This document shows positions 28,293 to 38,107 of a stretch of 64,000 nucleotides of DNA, one piece after another. The stretch is from an uncultured Clostridium sp. GTDB lineage: Bacteria; Bacillota; Clostridia; TANB77; CAG-508. How positions within the stretch are numbered: position 1 is the first letter of the stretch; every line of letters starts with the position of its first letter. The notes below the pieces were generated by a model. The model worked only from the letters and a program-made list of their open reading frames with translations. It was not told the origin of the DNA and did not search any database. The translations under genes and the position numbers were made by a program. The stretch is taken from the NCBI GenBank assembly GCA_900554565.1, contig USHX01000004.1, forward strand, positions 5,054-69,053, given 5' to 3'.

Positions 28293-29858
28293 ATGATAAG
28301 AGTTAGTAATATAAAAATTAGAAAAGATTTATCTGAAGAAGATGTATATAAATATACTATTAAGAAAAATAGAATACATGAACAAGATATACTAGAATGG
28401 CAAATTTCTAAAAAGTCTATTGATGCTAGAAAAAAAGATGATGTTCATTACAATTATTCTATTGATTTCAAATTAAAAGATGAAAATAAATATCCAAAAT
28501 TTAAAAAAGTTAAAGAATTTGAAATGCCAAAAATTAATTCTAAAAATCTTGATTGCAAAAAGCCAATAATTGTTGGTTGTGGTCCTAGTGGTCTTTTTGC
28601 AGCTCTTATTATGGTTCAAAATGGTCTTAAACCAATTGTAATTGAACAAGGTGACACTGCATTAAAGCGAAAAGAAATTGTTGAAAATTTTTTTAAAACT
28701 AGTAAGCTTAATCCTCTTTCTAATGTTCAATTTGGTGAAGGTGGTGCTGGAACATTTTCTGATGGAAAACTTACAACAGGAATTAACAGTCCTTTTTGTA
28801 CAAAAGTTTTACAAGAATTTGTAAATTTCGGTGCTCCAAAACAAATTTTGTATTTGTCTAAACCTCATGTAGGAACAGACAATTTAATTAATATTTTACA
28901 AAATATGAGAAAATATATCATTTCTAAAGGTGGTACATTTTTATTTAATACTAAAGTAACTGATTTTGAAATATCTAATGGAAAAATATCTGCTGTTACA
29001 TGTCAAAATGGTTCTGATATTAAAAAAATCGAAGCAACACATGTCGTTCTAGCTATTGGGCATAGCGCTAGAGACACTTTCGAAAAGCTCTATGAAAAAG
29101 GCATTTCAATGGAAAGGAAAAACTTTTCAGTAGGTGTTAGAATTGAACATTTACAAGAAAATATAAATACATCTCAATATGGTAATATCACAAAATTGAA
29201 ATTACCACCAGCTGAATACAAATTAGCATATCATTCTAAATCTGGTCGTTCTTGCTATACTTTTTGTATGTGCCCTGGTGGACAAGTTATTGCTTCTTCA
29301 AGTGATAAAAATTCTATTGTTACAAATGGCATGAGTAATTTCGCAAGAAATGGAAAAAATGCAAATTCCGCATTGCTTGTAAATGTAGTTCCAGAAGATT
29401 TTGAAGGTACATCTCCTTTAGCTGGTTTCTATTTCCAAAAAAATTTGGAAGAAAGTGCCTTTAAACTTGGTGGCTCAAATTATTTTGCACCAGTGCAAAA
29501 AGTCTCAGACTTTATTGCTAATAAAAAATCTGAAACTTTAGGTAATGTAAAACCTTCTTATTTGCCAGGTGTAACTTTATCTAATTTAAATGATATTTTA
29601 CCTGATTTTGTTTCTTCAACTTTGAAAGAAGGTATTGAATATTTTGATACTAAATTGCATGGATTTGCTGACCCTGATAGTGTTTTGACTGGTGTTGAAA
29701 CTAGAAGTTCTTCTCCTGTTAAAATTCTAAGAAATAGTGAATTTGTTTCAAATATTTCTGGATTATATCCATGCGGAGAAGGTGCTGGTTACGCTGGTGG
29801 AATCACCTCTGCCGCAGTTGATGGAATTAAATGTGCTATTGCTGTTTTGGAAAACTAA
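28293..29858 (+). CDS. FAD-dependent oxidoreductase (COG2509-type uncharacterised dehydrogenase)
   Basis: Dinucleotide-binding VGCGPSGLFAAL and C-terminal GLYPCGEGAGYAGGI. Confidence 0.75.
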   Translation: MIRVSNIKIRKDLSEEDVYKYTIKKNRIHEQDILEWQISKKSIDARKKDDVHYNYSIDFKLKDENKYPKFKKVKEFEMPKINSKNLDCKKPIIVGCGPSGLFAALIMVQNGLKPIVIEQGDTALKRKEIVENFFKTSKLNPLSNVQFGEGGAGTFSDGKLTTGINSPFCTKVLQEFVNFGAPKQILYLSKPHVGTDNLINILQNMRKYIISKGGTFLFNTKVTDFEISNGKISAVTCQNGSDIKKIEATHVVLAIGHSARDTFEKLYEKGISMERKNFSVGVRIEHLQENINTSQYGNITKLKLPPAEYKLAYHSKSGRSCYTFCMCPGGQVIASSSDKNSIVTNGMSNFARNGKNANSALLVNVVPEDFEGTSPLAGFYFQKNLEESAFKLGGSNYFAPVQKVSDFIANKKSETLGNVKPSYLPGVTLSNLNDILPDFVSSTLKEGIEYFDTKLHGFADPDSVLTGVETRSSSPVKILRNSEFVSNISGLYPCGEGAGYAGGITSAAVDGIKCAIAVLEN

Positions 29859-31039
29859 TTTCTCAATTCTTCAATTATCTGACATAGATTATTAACTAAA
29901 TAATCTATGTCTTCTTTTGTATTCTCTTCCCCAAAAGTTGTTCTAAGTGCTCCCATTGCCATCTGTTCATTCAACCCAATTGCAGTTAATACATGTGATG
30001 GACTACTTTGTCCTGTTGAGCAAGCAGAGCCACTTGAAGCACATATCCCCTTTTGATCCAATTTTAGCAATATAGCTTCTCCATCTAGGCCAGGGAAAGT
30101 AAAATTTGCATTTCCTGGTAATCTTCTTTCTCTACTTCCATTTAGTTTTGCATCTGGCAATTTTTCTTCTATTTGCTGTATATAATAATTTCTCATTTTC
30201 TCCAAATGATTCATATGTGAATTCAAGTTATATGTTGCAAGTTCACATGCTTTTCCTAAACCAACTATTCCTGCTACATTTTCAGTCCCAGCTCTCTTAT
30301 TTTTTTCTTGATGACCACCATCTAAGATTCTATCAAATTTGATTCCTTTTTTTACATATAAGGCTCCTATTCCTTTTGGTGCATATAATTTATGACCTGA
30401 TAATGAAAGCATATCTATCCCCATTTTTTTAACATCTATAGGTACATTTCCACATGCTTGAACACTATCTGTATGAAATATTATATTATACATTTTAGCA
30501 ATTTTAGATATTTCATTTATTGGTTCTAGTGTTCCAATTTCATTGTTTGCAAACATAATACTTATAAGAAATGTATCATTTCTTATAGCATTTCTTAATT
30601 GCTCTAAATTTATAAAACCATCTTTATTTACATCTAAATATGTTGTTCTAAATCCCTTGTTTTCTAAACTTTTGCATGAATTTAATATTGCTGGATGTTC
30701 TATTTTTGAAGTTATTATATGCCTTTTTCCATTTTTGCAATTTGCATATGCCGTTCCTTTTAAAGCAATATTGTCACTTTCAGAGCCACAACCTGTAAAA
30801 TAAATTTCCTCCGGATCTGCATTTATCAAAATTGCTACTCTTTTTCTAGCTTCTTCTATTGCTTTTTTCGCTTCACGTCCTATTGTATACATTGATGAAG
30901 GATTTCCAAAACTTTCTCTTAAATATGGCAACATTTCATTCAATACTTCTGGTTTTACTCTTGTTGTTGCTGCATTGTCAAAATATCTGAGTTCCAATTC
31001 TATTGCTCCTTCCTTTAATTTTTTATATATTATATTCAT
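29855..31039 (-). CDS. nifS: Cysteine desulfurase (NifS/IscS type)
   Basis: FDNAATT, PLP-lysine context SGHKLYAPKGIG and active-site SSGSACS. Confidence 0.9.
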   Translation of the reverse strand: MNIIYKKLKEGAIELELRYFDNAATTRVKPEVLNEMLPYLRESFGNPSSMYTIGREAKKAIEEARKRVAILINADPEEIYFTGCGSESDNIALKGTAYANCKNGKRHIITSKIEHPAILNSCKSLENKGFRTTYLDVNKDGFINLEQLRNAIRNDTFLISIMFANNEIGTLEPINEISKIAKMYNIIFHTDSVQACGNVPIDVKKMGIDMLSLSGHKLYAPKGIGALYVKKGIKFDRILDGGHQEKNKRAGTENVAGIVGLGKACELATYNLNSHMNHLEKMRNYYIQQIEEKLPDAKLNGSRERRLPGNANFTFPGLDGEAILLKLDQKGICASSGSACSTGQSSPSHVLTAIGLNEQMAMGALRTTFGEENTKEDIDYLVNNLCQIIEELRN

Positions 31040-31059
31040 TTTTTCTTAATTAGTTGATG

Positions 31060-31929
31060 TTATTCATCTAGTATTTGTTTTATTTTTTCTATACTTTGAG
31101 TTACAGCATTATAACCATATTTATAGCAACTATCTAGTTTTTCAACATCTAGCAATCCTGTTTTATCTGTTTTTATAGTTAATATATAGTCACTTTCTTT
31201 TAAACTTGCTTCTGAGATTTTGTTTCCCATAATATCAAGTGTTCGCATTGCCAAATCCATTATATTACTAGAGTTATCTATGTCATCTGCTTTAAAATTT
31301 ATTGCAATTACTTTGTTCGCACCTTGTTTTCTCACTTCTGTTACCGGAATATTATCAAGCATTCCACCATCTAAAAATTGATGTTGTTGATATTTGCAAG
31401 GGCAAAATACTGCCGGAAAACTACTACTTGCTCTAACAGCTTTTCCTAATGAGATGTTAGTAATATACTTGTCATTTTCTTCTTCCCCTTCTGGCACTTT
31501 ATTTGTAAAAATATATTCTTTTGCATTAACTATGTCCACAGTTGGAATGACAATTGGAATATTTTTTATATCCCCTATTTTTTCTATTCCTTTCTTTTTA
31601 GCCAAACCATTATATGCTTTCTCAATACTTCTACCTGTTTTTAATCCTGTCAATTTTACTTTTTTATTCATCATCATATTTCCTATTCCAGATAAAATAG
31701 GAGCTGAATTCATTTTTGCAATATTTTTAGCATATCTTTTAAATAAGACATAAATATAATATGGTGAATACCCTAGTGCATATAATGAAGATATTAATGC
31801 ACCTGAACTAGTTCCACCTATTACATCTATTGGTATTTTATTATCTTCAAGTGCCTTCAATGCTCCTGCATGTGCTATTCCACGAATTCCACCACCTGAT
31901 AAGGCTAATCCAATTTTCAAATATAACAC
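31060..31929 (-). CDS. Patatin-like phospholipase
   Basis: GLALSGGGIRG oxyanion motif, GTSSGA nucleophile elbow and a DGG motif. Confidence 0.85.
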   Translation of the reverse strand: MLYLKIGLALSGGGIRGIAHAGALKALEDNKIPIDVIGGTSSGALISSLYALGYSPYYIYVLFKRYAKNIAKMNSAPILSGIGNMMMNKKVKLTGLKTGRSIEKAYNGLAKKKGIEKIGDIKNIPIVIPTVDIVNAKEYIFTNKVPEGEEENDKYITNISLGKAVRASSSFPAVFCPCKYQQHQFLDGGMLDNIPVTEVRKQGANKVIAINFKADDIDNSSNIMDLAMRTLDIMGNKISEASLKESDYILTIKTDKTGLLDVEKLDSCYKYGYNAVTQSIEKIKQILDE

Positions 31930-31981
31930 CTTCTTTTATGTATTTTTTATATTATTTACTTATTTGTATGCTTTTAAACGC

Positions 31982-32014
31982 AAAAAAGTTAAACTTTTCT
32001 TAGTTTAACTTTTC
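31982..32014 (-). terminator. Intrinsic terminator after the WG-repeat gene
   Basis: AAAAGTTAAAC ... GTTTAACTTTT stem with a T-run on the minus strand. Confidence 0.6.
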
Positions 32015-32057
32015 GTATTTTATTAATTTATTATTGTTCTAATGTTATACTAAATAT

Positions 32058-33785
32058 TTATTTAGCATCTGTATAATATACTTCGCCAAATCCATATTTT
32101 ACTTGATAGTATTTTCCTATAAAAGATGGTTCTTTATTGTCATTTATAGTGTATATTGGTTCTACAACTTCTTCACCTTTTTTGTTTATTGCTCCCCATT
32201 TTCCATCTTTATTTACAGCTGCATATCCATATTCATTAAATTCTGTTACTTTATCATATTTAGCTTCAACCACCATTGAACCATTCTTATTAACAAATCC
32301 CCATTTTCCATTTTCTTGTTTACTAAATAATTCATTATTTGGATATGTATCCGTATTTTTTAATTCTTTACCATCTTTACTGAAATATTGTATTTGCTTG
32401 TCATTATAAATTTTTATATAATCACTATTTACCTCAACAGTTGCATTTTCCATTTCACAGATGTTATTCATTGTTTTGTCATACAATTTTGTAGTATTGG
32501 CTACTACAGCTTGTATTAAATCTGTTCCTTCTACTTTTTGTACAGAATCATTTTCTATTGGTATCTTTACTGCATCTTTATTATTTACCACTCCCAATTT
32601 AGAGTTTTCATTACTTACTATAAAATAATCATTATATAGATATTCCATATAACTGTACTTCTCTTCAATTAATTCTTTTCCTTCTTTTGTTATTAGTCCG
32701 TATTTTGTTTCATTTTGATTATCAATTTTGATTTTATATTTTTCATTTTCGGTATTTAGTATAGAAATATTTGTATCCATATTAGTTTCTTTTCCTTGGT
32801 TATCATATACTATAGTTCCTTGTTCATTTTTAGCATATAAATAATTTCCTATAACATCTATTTGTAAAAATTGTGCTGGAACTATGATTTTTCCATCTAA
32901 TGAAGCTATTCCATATTTTTTACTTTTTTCTACTACTAATAAATCATTTGTTTTATCATAAGATATTGATTGATATTCATTTTTAACTATTTCTTTTTCG
33001 TTTTTATTTACACCAAATTGTCCATTTTTTGCACATAATAAATATGCATTTTCATTATTCATTATGTCTGTTATTCTTGATAACTCATTATATTCTGGTT
33101 TTAATATCAACTTTCCATTATAATTTATATATCCATATCTGTATCCTTCTTGAGTTGTAGTTGTTATTATATATCCAGCATATTTATATCCATCATCATT
33201 TGTGTAATAACCATCTACTGCAATTTTATCATATTCTATATCTATTAGTTTATGACCTTTGATGTTTATTACTCCATATTTGTCATTTTGTTTTACTAAA
33301 AGTTCACCTTCTTTATATGATAATCCTGAAATTTCATCATAAATAGGTTTTGTTATTTTTTTGCCCTGAAAATTTATTAATCCATATTTATCGTTTTCTT
33401 TATATGATAAGACACTTTTTTCGAACATCAAGTTACTTGCGATGTTTTGAAGTTTTATTGGTTCTACATCTTGATAATTGTTCAATATTTGCTCTTTTTG
33501 TGAGTTCAATATTTGTGAATTTTCTCCACTATAACATACAAATACATCTTTTTGTGGATTTGGAATTTTTATATCATCATATTTCACATCTATTACTATA
33601 TTTCCGCTTCTATCTATTACTCCTGTTTTCCCATCTTGTTTTAATAAAAAATAATTATATTGTTCAACTTTCTCTATTTCATATTTCTTATTATTTGTTG
33701 TTATAAAGTAATAAGATACGCCTATTATAATTGCAAGTATTAGTATTGTTAATATTACATTTCGAATTATAAATGTTCTTTTCAT
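32058..33785 (-). CDS. WG-containing repeat protein (KWG-type repeats), membrane anchored
   Basis: N-terminal TM segment followed by many ~35-aa repeats of the form (K/D)GK(W/Y/F)G(V/L/F)IN..G..V..P.Y. Confidence 0.75.
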   Translation of the reverse strand: MKRTFIIRNVILTILILAIIIGVSYYFITTNNKKYEIEKVEQYNYFLLKQDGKTGVIDRSGNIVIDVKYDDIKIPNPQKDVFVCYSGENSQILNSQKEQILNNYQDVEPIKLQNIASNLMFEKSVLSYKENDKYGLINFQGKKITKPIYDEISGLSYKEGELLVKQNDKYGVINIKGHKLIDIEYDKIAVDGYYTNDDGYKYAGYIITTTTQEGYRYGYINYNGKLILKPEYNELSRITDIMNNENAYLLCAKNGQFGVNKNEKEIVKNEYQSISYDKTNDLLVVEKSKKYGIASLDGKIIVPAQFLQIDVIGNYLYAKNEQGTIVYDNQGKETNMDTNISILNTENEKYKIKIDNQNETKYGLITKEGKELIEEKYSYMEYLYNDYFIVSNENSKLGVVNNKDAVKIPIENDSVQKVEGTDLIQAVVANTTKLYDKTMNNICEMENATVEVNSDYIKIYNDKQIQYFSKDGKELKNTDTYPNNELFSKQENGKWGFVNKNGSMVVEAKYDKVTEFNEYGYAAVNKDGKWGAINKKGEEVVEPIYTINDNKEPSFIGKYYQVKYGFGEVYYTDAK

Positions 33786-33806
33786 ATTTTATAAAACCTT
33801 CTTTCA

Positions 33807-35135
33807 CTATTCTTCATTTTCTATTTCATCTGGTATTTCTTTTATATTATTTTTACATGCTTTTACTTTTAGTATCCTTCTATCTTTGTATTTTTCTATT
33901 TTATATGTTACATTTTTAGTTTCTATTATTGGCTTTTCTTTTTCATCCGGAATTCTTCCTAATTCTTCTTGTAAAAAACCTGATAGTATATCATAATCTC
34001 CTTCTGGAATTTCTGCATTAATTAATTTGTTTACATCATATATTGGCATGTTTCCTGATAACATATATGTTGTTTCATCTATTTTTTCATAATCTTTTTC
34101 TTCTTTGTCATATTCATCATAGATATCACCAACTAATTCTTCTAATATATCTTCCATTGTGACTAATCCTGCAGTTCCACCATACTCATCTAATACAATT
34201 GCCATTTGCTTTTTACTTTTTTGAAGCTCTTTAAACACTTCATTTATCAACCTATTTTGCGATACAAAATACACATCTTTTACAACATTTTTAACTTTGA
34301 AATTAGTCTTTTTTATGTTTTTTAGTACATCTTTTACATATAATATTCCTTTTATTTCATCTATTGTTTCATCATATACTGGTATTCTACTGTATCTATA
34401 TTCTTCTTTAGATAGTTCTTTTAGTAATTCTTCATTACTAATATTTATATCTACTGCAAAGATTTCTGTTCGATGCCTCATTATTTCTGATACTGTTATA
34501 TCATTAAATTCAAAAACATTATTAATTAACTCTTTTTCTTCTTCTTTTATTGTTCCTTTTTCTTCACCTTGGTCTATCATCATTTTTATTTCTTCTTCTG
34601 TAACAGATTCTTCATCAGTTTCTCCTACTCCAAATATTTTTGAAACCGTATTTGTTACAAGTGTTAATAATTTTACAAATGGTGCTGTGATTATAGATAT
34701 AGTTCTTATTATTCCTATTGTAGCAAATGATATCTTTTCGTAATTTTTCATAGCTAATCTTTTTGGAACTAATTCACCAAAGATAAGTGTGAAAAATGAA
34801 AGTACTATAGTTATTAATATTATTGATATACTTTTCCAAACTGAAATGCTTATAAATGGTAACATTTCATATAACATAGGAGCTATTTTTTCAGCAAATG
34901 CATCTGATGCAAATGCACTTGATAAAAATCCTGCTAATGTTATTCCTATTTGAATTGTTGCTAGAAATTTGCTGGGCGACCTTAGCATTTTTTCTATTTG
35001 TTTTGCCTTTTTGTTCCCTTCCTTAGCTTGTTTTTCTATCTTTGCATCATTTAATGATATAAATGCAATCTCACTTGCTGCAAAAAATGCATTTAATAAA
35101 ATTAATATTACTAAAATTAGTATTTGTCCTAACAT
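33807..35135 (-). CDS. HlyC/CorC-family transporter (DUF21-CBS-CorC_HlyC; CNNM type)
   Basis: N-terminal DUF21 TM domain, CBS pair and C-terminal transporter-associated domain. Confidence 0.85.
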   Translation of the reverse strand: MLGQILILVILILLNAFFAASEIAFISLNDAKIEKQAKEGNKKAKQIEKMLRSPSKFLATIQIGITLAGFLSSAFASDAFAEKIAPMLYEMLPFISISVWKSISIILITIVLSFFTLIFGELVPKRLAMKNYEKISFATIGIIRTISIITAPFVKLLTLVTNTVSKIFGVGETDEESVTEEEIKMMIDQGEEKGTIKEEEKELINNVFEFNDITVSEIMRHRTEIFAVDINISNEELLKELSKEEYRYSRIPVYDETIDEIKGILYVKDVLKNIKKTNFKVKNVVKDVYFVSQNRLINEVFKELQKSKKQMAIVLDEYGGTAGLVTMEDILEELVGDIYDEYDKEEKDYEKIDETTYMLSGNMPIYDVNKLINAEIPEGDYDILSGFLQEELGRIPDEKEKPIIETKNVTYKIEKYKDRRILKVKACKNNIKEIPDEIENEE

Positions 35136-35172
35136 TAAACTAATAGCTCCTTTTTATTCTTTTTATAAATTA

Positions 35173-35403
35173 TTAAGCAACACTTTTGTTGTATTTTACT
35201 ATTGAAACTTCCGTTTCTAACTTTTTCAATTGGTTAACAATTTTTTCAATATTTTCTGCTGTTTCATCATCAAAATATTGTTCACCACATTTAGCACAGA
35301 CTTTTGCCGGAACTTCTTTTATAATAATAATTCTATCTTCTAAGTCAACTACATAGTTCACCTTTTTTTCTTTCATATTTCCTTTACATGTAAAACAATT
35401 CAT
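35173..35403 (-). CDS. YgiT/MqsA-type zinc-finger antitoxin
   Basis: MNCFTCKGNMKEK...PAKVCAKCGEQYF (two CxxC pairs). The ATG overlaps the stop of the upstream gene (TAATG) and follows AAGGAGG. Confidence 0.7.
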   Translation of the reverse strand: MNCFTCKGNMKEKKVNYVVDLEDRIIIIKEVPAKVCAKCGEQYFDDETAENIEKIVNQLKKLETEVSIVKYNKSVA

Positions 35404-35729
35404 TATTTTTTCCTCCTTGTTTTCATATCTCTTTCCCATTTAGATATTTCTGGATAATATGCAGTTATTATATAAACTATACTTTCATTAATTCCACATA
35501 CTATATGTAAAACTTTATTATTAATATTATGTCCCAATATTAAACAGCTAGGATATGGATAATCTTCATAATAATATTCTATTATTTTACCATTATTTAT
35601 AGCATATTTAATATCTTTCATAAAAATATTTCTTTGATTCATTCTATTTAAACAATGTTTGGTCCAGTTTATTTTTCTTTTTAAAATACATTTTTGTATA
35701 TTTTCAATATTTAGTAAATTGTTATTCAC
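35403..35729 (-). CDS. DUF4258-family putative toxin
   Basis: INWTKHCLNRMNQRNI...IIEYY...LILG...LHIVC...VYIITAYYP is typical of DUF4258. Likely GTG start behind AAGGAG; the track ORF extends to 35759. Confidence 0.65.
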   Translation of the reverse strand: MNNNLLNIENIQKCILKRKINWTKHCLNRMNQRNIFMKDIKYAINNGKIIEYYYEDYPYPSCLILGHNINNKVLHIVCGINESIVYIITAYYPEISKWERDMKTRRKK

Positions 35730-35799
35730 GATTTTCTCCTTTATTTTAACATAAAGCACCTAATTTATGCAACTAATTTTGTTTCTATATTCAAATATT

Positions 35800-37077
35800 C
35801 TACATTCCTGTAACTGGTAATTTTTTAGCTTGATAATTAGTTATTTTTCCTTTTTCAATTGTAGGTTTTTCTTCCTTTTTATTATTGACAGTCACTACTA
35901 CTTCTTCATTTAGCTCTACTTTTACTTCTATTAGTTCAGTGTATAATTCATATCCATCAATAGTTTTAGTTTCTTTTAAATAATATGTTCCTGGTATTAA
36001 ATTATCTAATACTATTTTTCCTTCTGAATTAGTTTTTAAACCTGAATATATTATTTTCTTATTTTCATCTAAGATTTCAAATTCCACACCTTCTAAATTT
36101 TTCTCTGTTTCTTGGTCTTTTTTTATTATTGTTATTTTAGTTTCATTCTTTCCATAAGTGTCTTCTATTGTTCCTACTCCATCTTCATAAGAAGATGCTG
36201 TTAATGCATAATCTTGGTTATTACTATTAGGTGCTTTTCCATATAAAATCGGTTTTGTTTTTATCTTTGTTTGTACTTCTATTTTTATTTCACCATCTTG
36301 TTTCATATTTTTTAGTGGTACTAAAATTTTGAATTTTTCATTTGGTTTGAATTCTGTTTTTTCATTGTTATTTTCATCTGTAAGTTTTATTCCGCCTAAG
36401 TTTTCACCAGTTTTATTTGTCAATTTTATTTTATAATTTTCTATTTGAGCTCCTGCTGATATACTATATATTTTTGATAAATATTCTGGCTCTTTTGTGT
36501 CTTGTTCCCATTGGCTTATGTTTTTATTTATTATTATTGTGCTTGATATTATATTTTCCTTTGAGTTATTGGCATCTTGTAATATTTTTCTCATAGCATT
36601 TAATGTTCTATTTCCAGCTTCTCCTATTGGTGCATAATCATTTATATTATTACCATGAATATAACAATATACCGCTTGTTTTGTTGCTAAAAATGCTTCT
36701 TCTTTATTTGCCGTTCCTAGTTCATTATAACTTTTATATGGATATCCATTTATTATTATTTTCCATAATCCTACATCTTTTATTGCATTTGTAACAGATA
36801 CAGTATAGCCGCTTCCTTGAGCTCCCACTTTTGTTTTGTCTAAGCAGTATGCTGGATAATGTTCACCATTGTTTGTGTATTCTACATAATCTGCTTTTAC
36901 TACCACACCTTTATATGTTAATAGTTTTCCACAATCTGACACAGCATATATATTAGCTGAATCTATAGTTTGTGCATTTGAGATATTAGTTATTCCTAAT
37001 AAATTTAGTACTAAAAATATTAGAACAATCCCTGTTTTTCTAACTTTCTTAAAAATATCTTTGAATTTTTGTTTCAT
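35800..37077 (-). CDS. Surface pilin/adhesin with an N-terminal thioester (TED/TQxA-like) domain, a Cna-B/SpaA-type domain and an LPVTG motif with no downstream anchor
   Basis: Signal peptide, PAYCLDKT (thioester Cys context) and ATKQAVYCY (Gln context). Cna-B-like region is GVEFEILDENKK...GTYYLKETKTIDGYEL. C-terminus is KKLPVTGM, then the stop. Confidence 0.7.
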   Translation of the reverse strand: MKQKFKDIFKKVRKTGIVLIFLVLNLLGITNISNAQTIDSANIYAVSDCGKLLTYKGVVVKADYVEYTNNGEHYPAYCLDKTKVGAQGSGYTVSVTNAIKDVGLWKIIINGYPYKSYNELGTANKEEAFLATKQAVYCYIHGNNINDYAPIGEAGNRTLNAMRKILQDANNSKENIISSTIIINKNISQWEQDTKEPEYLSKIYSISAGAQIENYKIKLTNKTGENLGGIKLTDENNNEKTEFKPNEKFKILVPLKNMKQDGEIKIEVQTKIKTKPILYGKAPNSNNQDYALTASSYEDGVGTIEDTYGKNETKITIIKKDQETEKNLEGVEFEILDENKKIIYSGLKTNSEGKIVLDNLIPGTYYLKETKTIDGYELYTELIEVKVELNEEVVVTVNNKKEEKPTIEKGKITNYQAKKLPVTGM

Positions 37078-37078
37078 T

Positions 37079-37702
37079 TTATTCTTCCTTTCTTATTTCT
37101 TCTGCTTTTACACATCTTCTGTATTCTGGCTCATTTTCTACACATGTAATTAAGGTTAATTCATTTTCTTCTGTATTTTCTAACATACTCCAATCAGTAT
37201 CTTTTATTATGCTGATCTTGCTTACTTTGTAATTTTTTTCTTTTCCTTTGTATATATATGTTATTTCATCTCCTATTTGTAACTTTTTTAAATTTTCGAA
37301 ATAATTATTTTGGTACCCTCTATTATGTGCAGCTAAACCTATATTCCCAACTTCTTTTGGCGTTTCTTCAAAATGTCCTATATATTCATCCATTACTTCC
37401 TTAGTTGTCCCTTCATTAATTTTTGCTTCTAAATTAATTTTTTGTATTTTTAATGCCCACTCTGATTCTTCTATTGTTTTTTGGTTTAATTCTACATTTT
37501 CTTCAATTGGTTCTGTAATGTTTTCTTCAGACATTTTAGAATTATTATTCTGGGTAATATCTTCGACTTCAAATCCTGCTTTTAGAGTACTTTTTTGACT
37601 AAAATTTGAATAATTTGATATAAATAAATTTGTAATGACAAAAATTATAGTTGTGATTATAAAACTTGTAATATTAATATAGATTGTACTATAACGAAAC
37701 AT
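37079..37702 (-). CDS. Sortase (class not assigned)
   Basis: N-terminal TM segment, AAHNRGY region and catalytic TLITC...R motif. Confidence 0.8.
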   Translation of the reverse strand: MFRYSTIYINITSFIITTIIFVITNLFISNYSNFSQKSTLKAGFEVEDITQNNNSKMSEENITEPIEENVELNQKTIEESEWALKIQKINLEAKINEGTTKEVMDEYIGHFEETPKEVGNIGLAAHNRGYQNNYFENLKKLQIGDEITYIYKGKEKNYKVSKISIIKDTDWSMLENTEENELTLITCVENEPEYRRCVKAEEIRKEE

Positions 37703-37834
37703 TCATATGTTCTTTTCCTTTCTTATATTTTTTCACTTGATTTTTTAGACCGAATTGTCTTTAGATATAATCTTGAATTTTAAATTTTTATGAGTTAACT
37801 CTTTCTTTATCATAATACCTTTTTATTAATTTGT

Positions 37835-37873
37835 AAAGAACTTTTCATCGCAAAATTCGACAAAAAGTTCTTT
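37835..37873. repeat. Perfect 11-bp inverted repeat upstream of the sortase gene
   Basis: AAAGAACTTTT-17 nt-AAAAGTTCTTT. No adjacent T-run, so not a canonical terminator. Confidence 0.5.
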
Positions 37874-37920
37874 ATTCCTTGATATTTCTAACTTTTAAGA
37901 CTATTTTTATTTTTTCTAAA

Positions 37921-38083
37921 TATATAAGCTTTTCATTAAATTACTCGGTTTATTACAAAAATTAAGAAATTCTAATTTGTTTTATGGCACCCTTCCACTA
38001 AAGTGAACTCTTTCATAAAACCACATAAGAATTTCTAAATTTTTTTCATGCACATTCGTAATTTAATTTAAAGCTTATATTAT
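37921..38083. repeat. Palindromic intergenic element, family 2, copy 1
   Basis: Nested inverted repeats (ATATAAGCTTT/AAAGCTTATAT; TTAAGAAATTCTAA/ATAAGAATTTCTAAA). The core ATGGCACCCTTCCACT..GTGAACTCTTTCATAAA shares blocks with 60771-60972. Confidence 0.65.
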
Positions 38084-38107
38084 TAAAAAATCATATTAAA
38101 ATAAAAT

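Noticed and set aside
35760-35800. A CGG-type or other frameshift that might restore the missing membrane anchor of the pilin.
   Set aside because: No CGG occurs near the 3' end, and none of the three frames downstream of LPVTGM encodes a hydrophobic segment before multiple stops.
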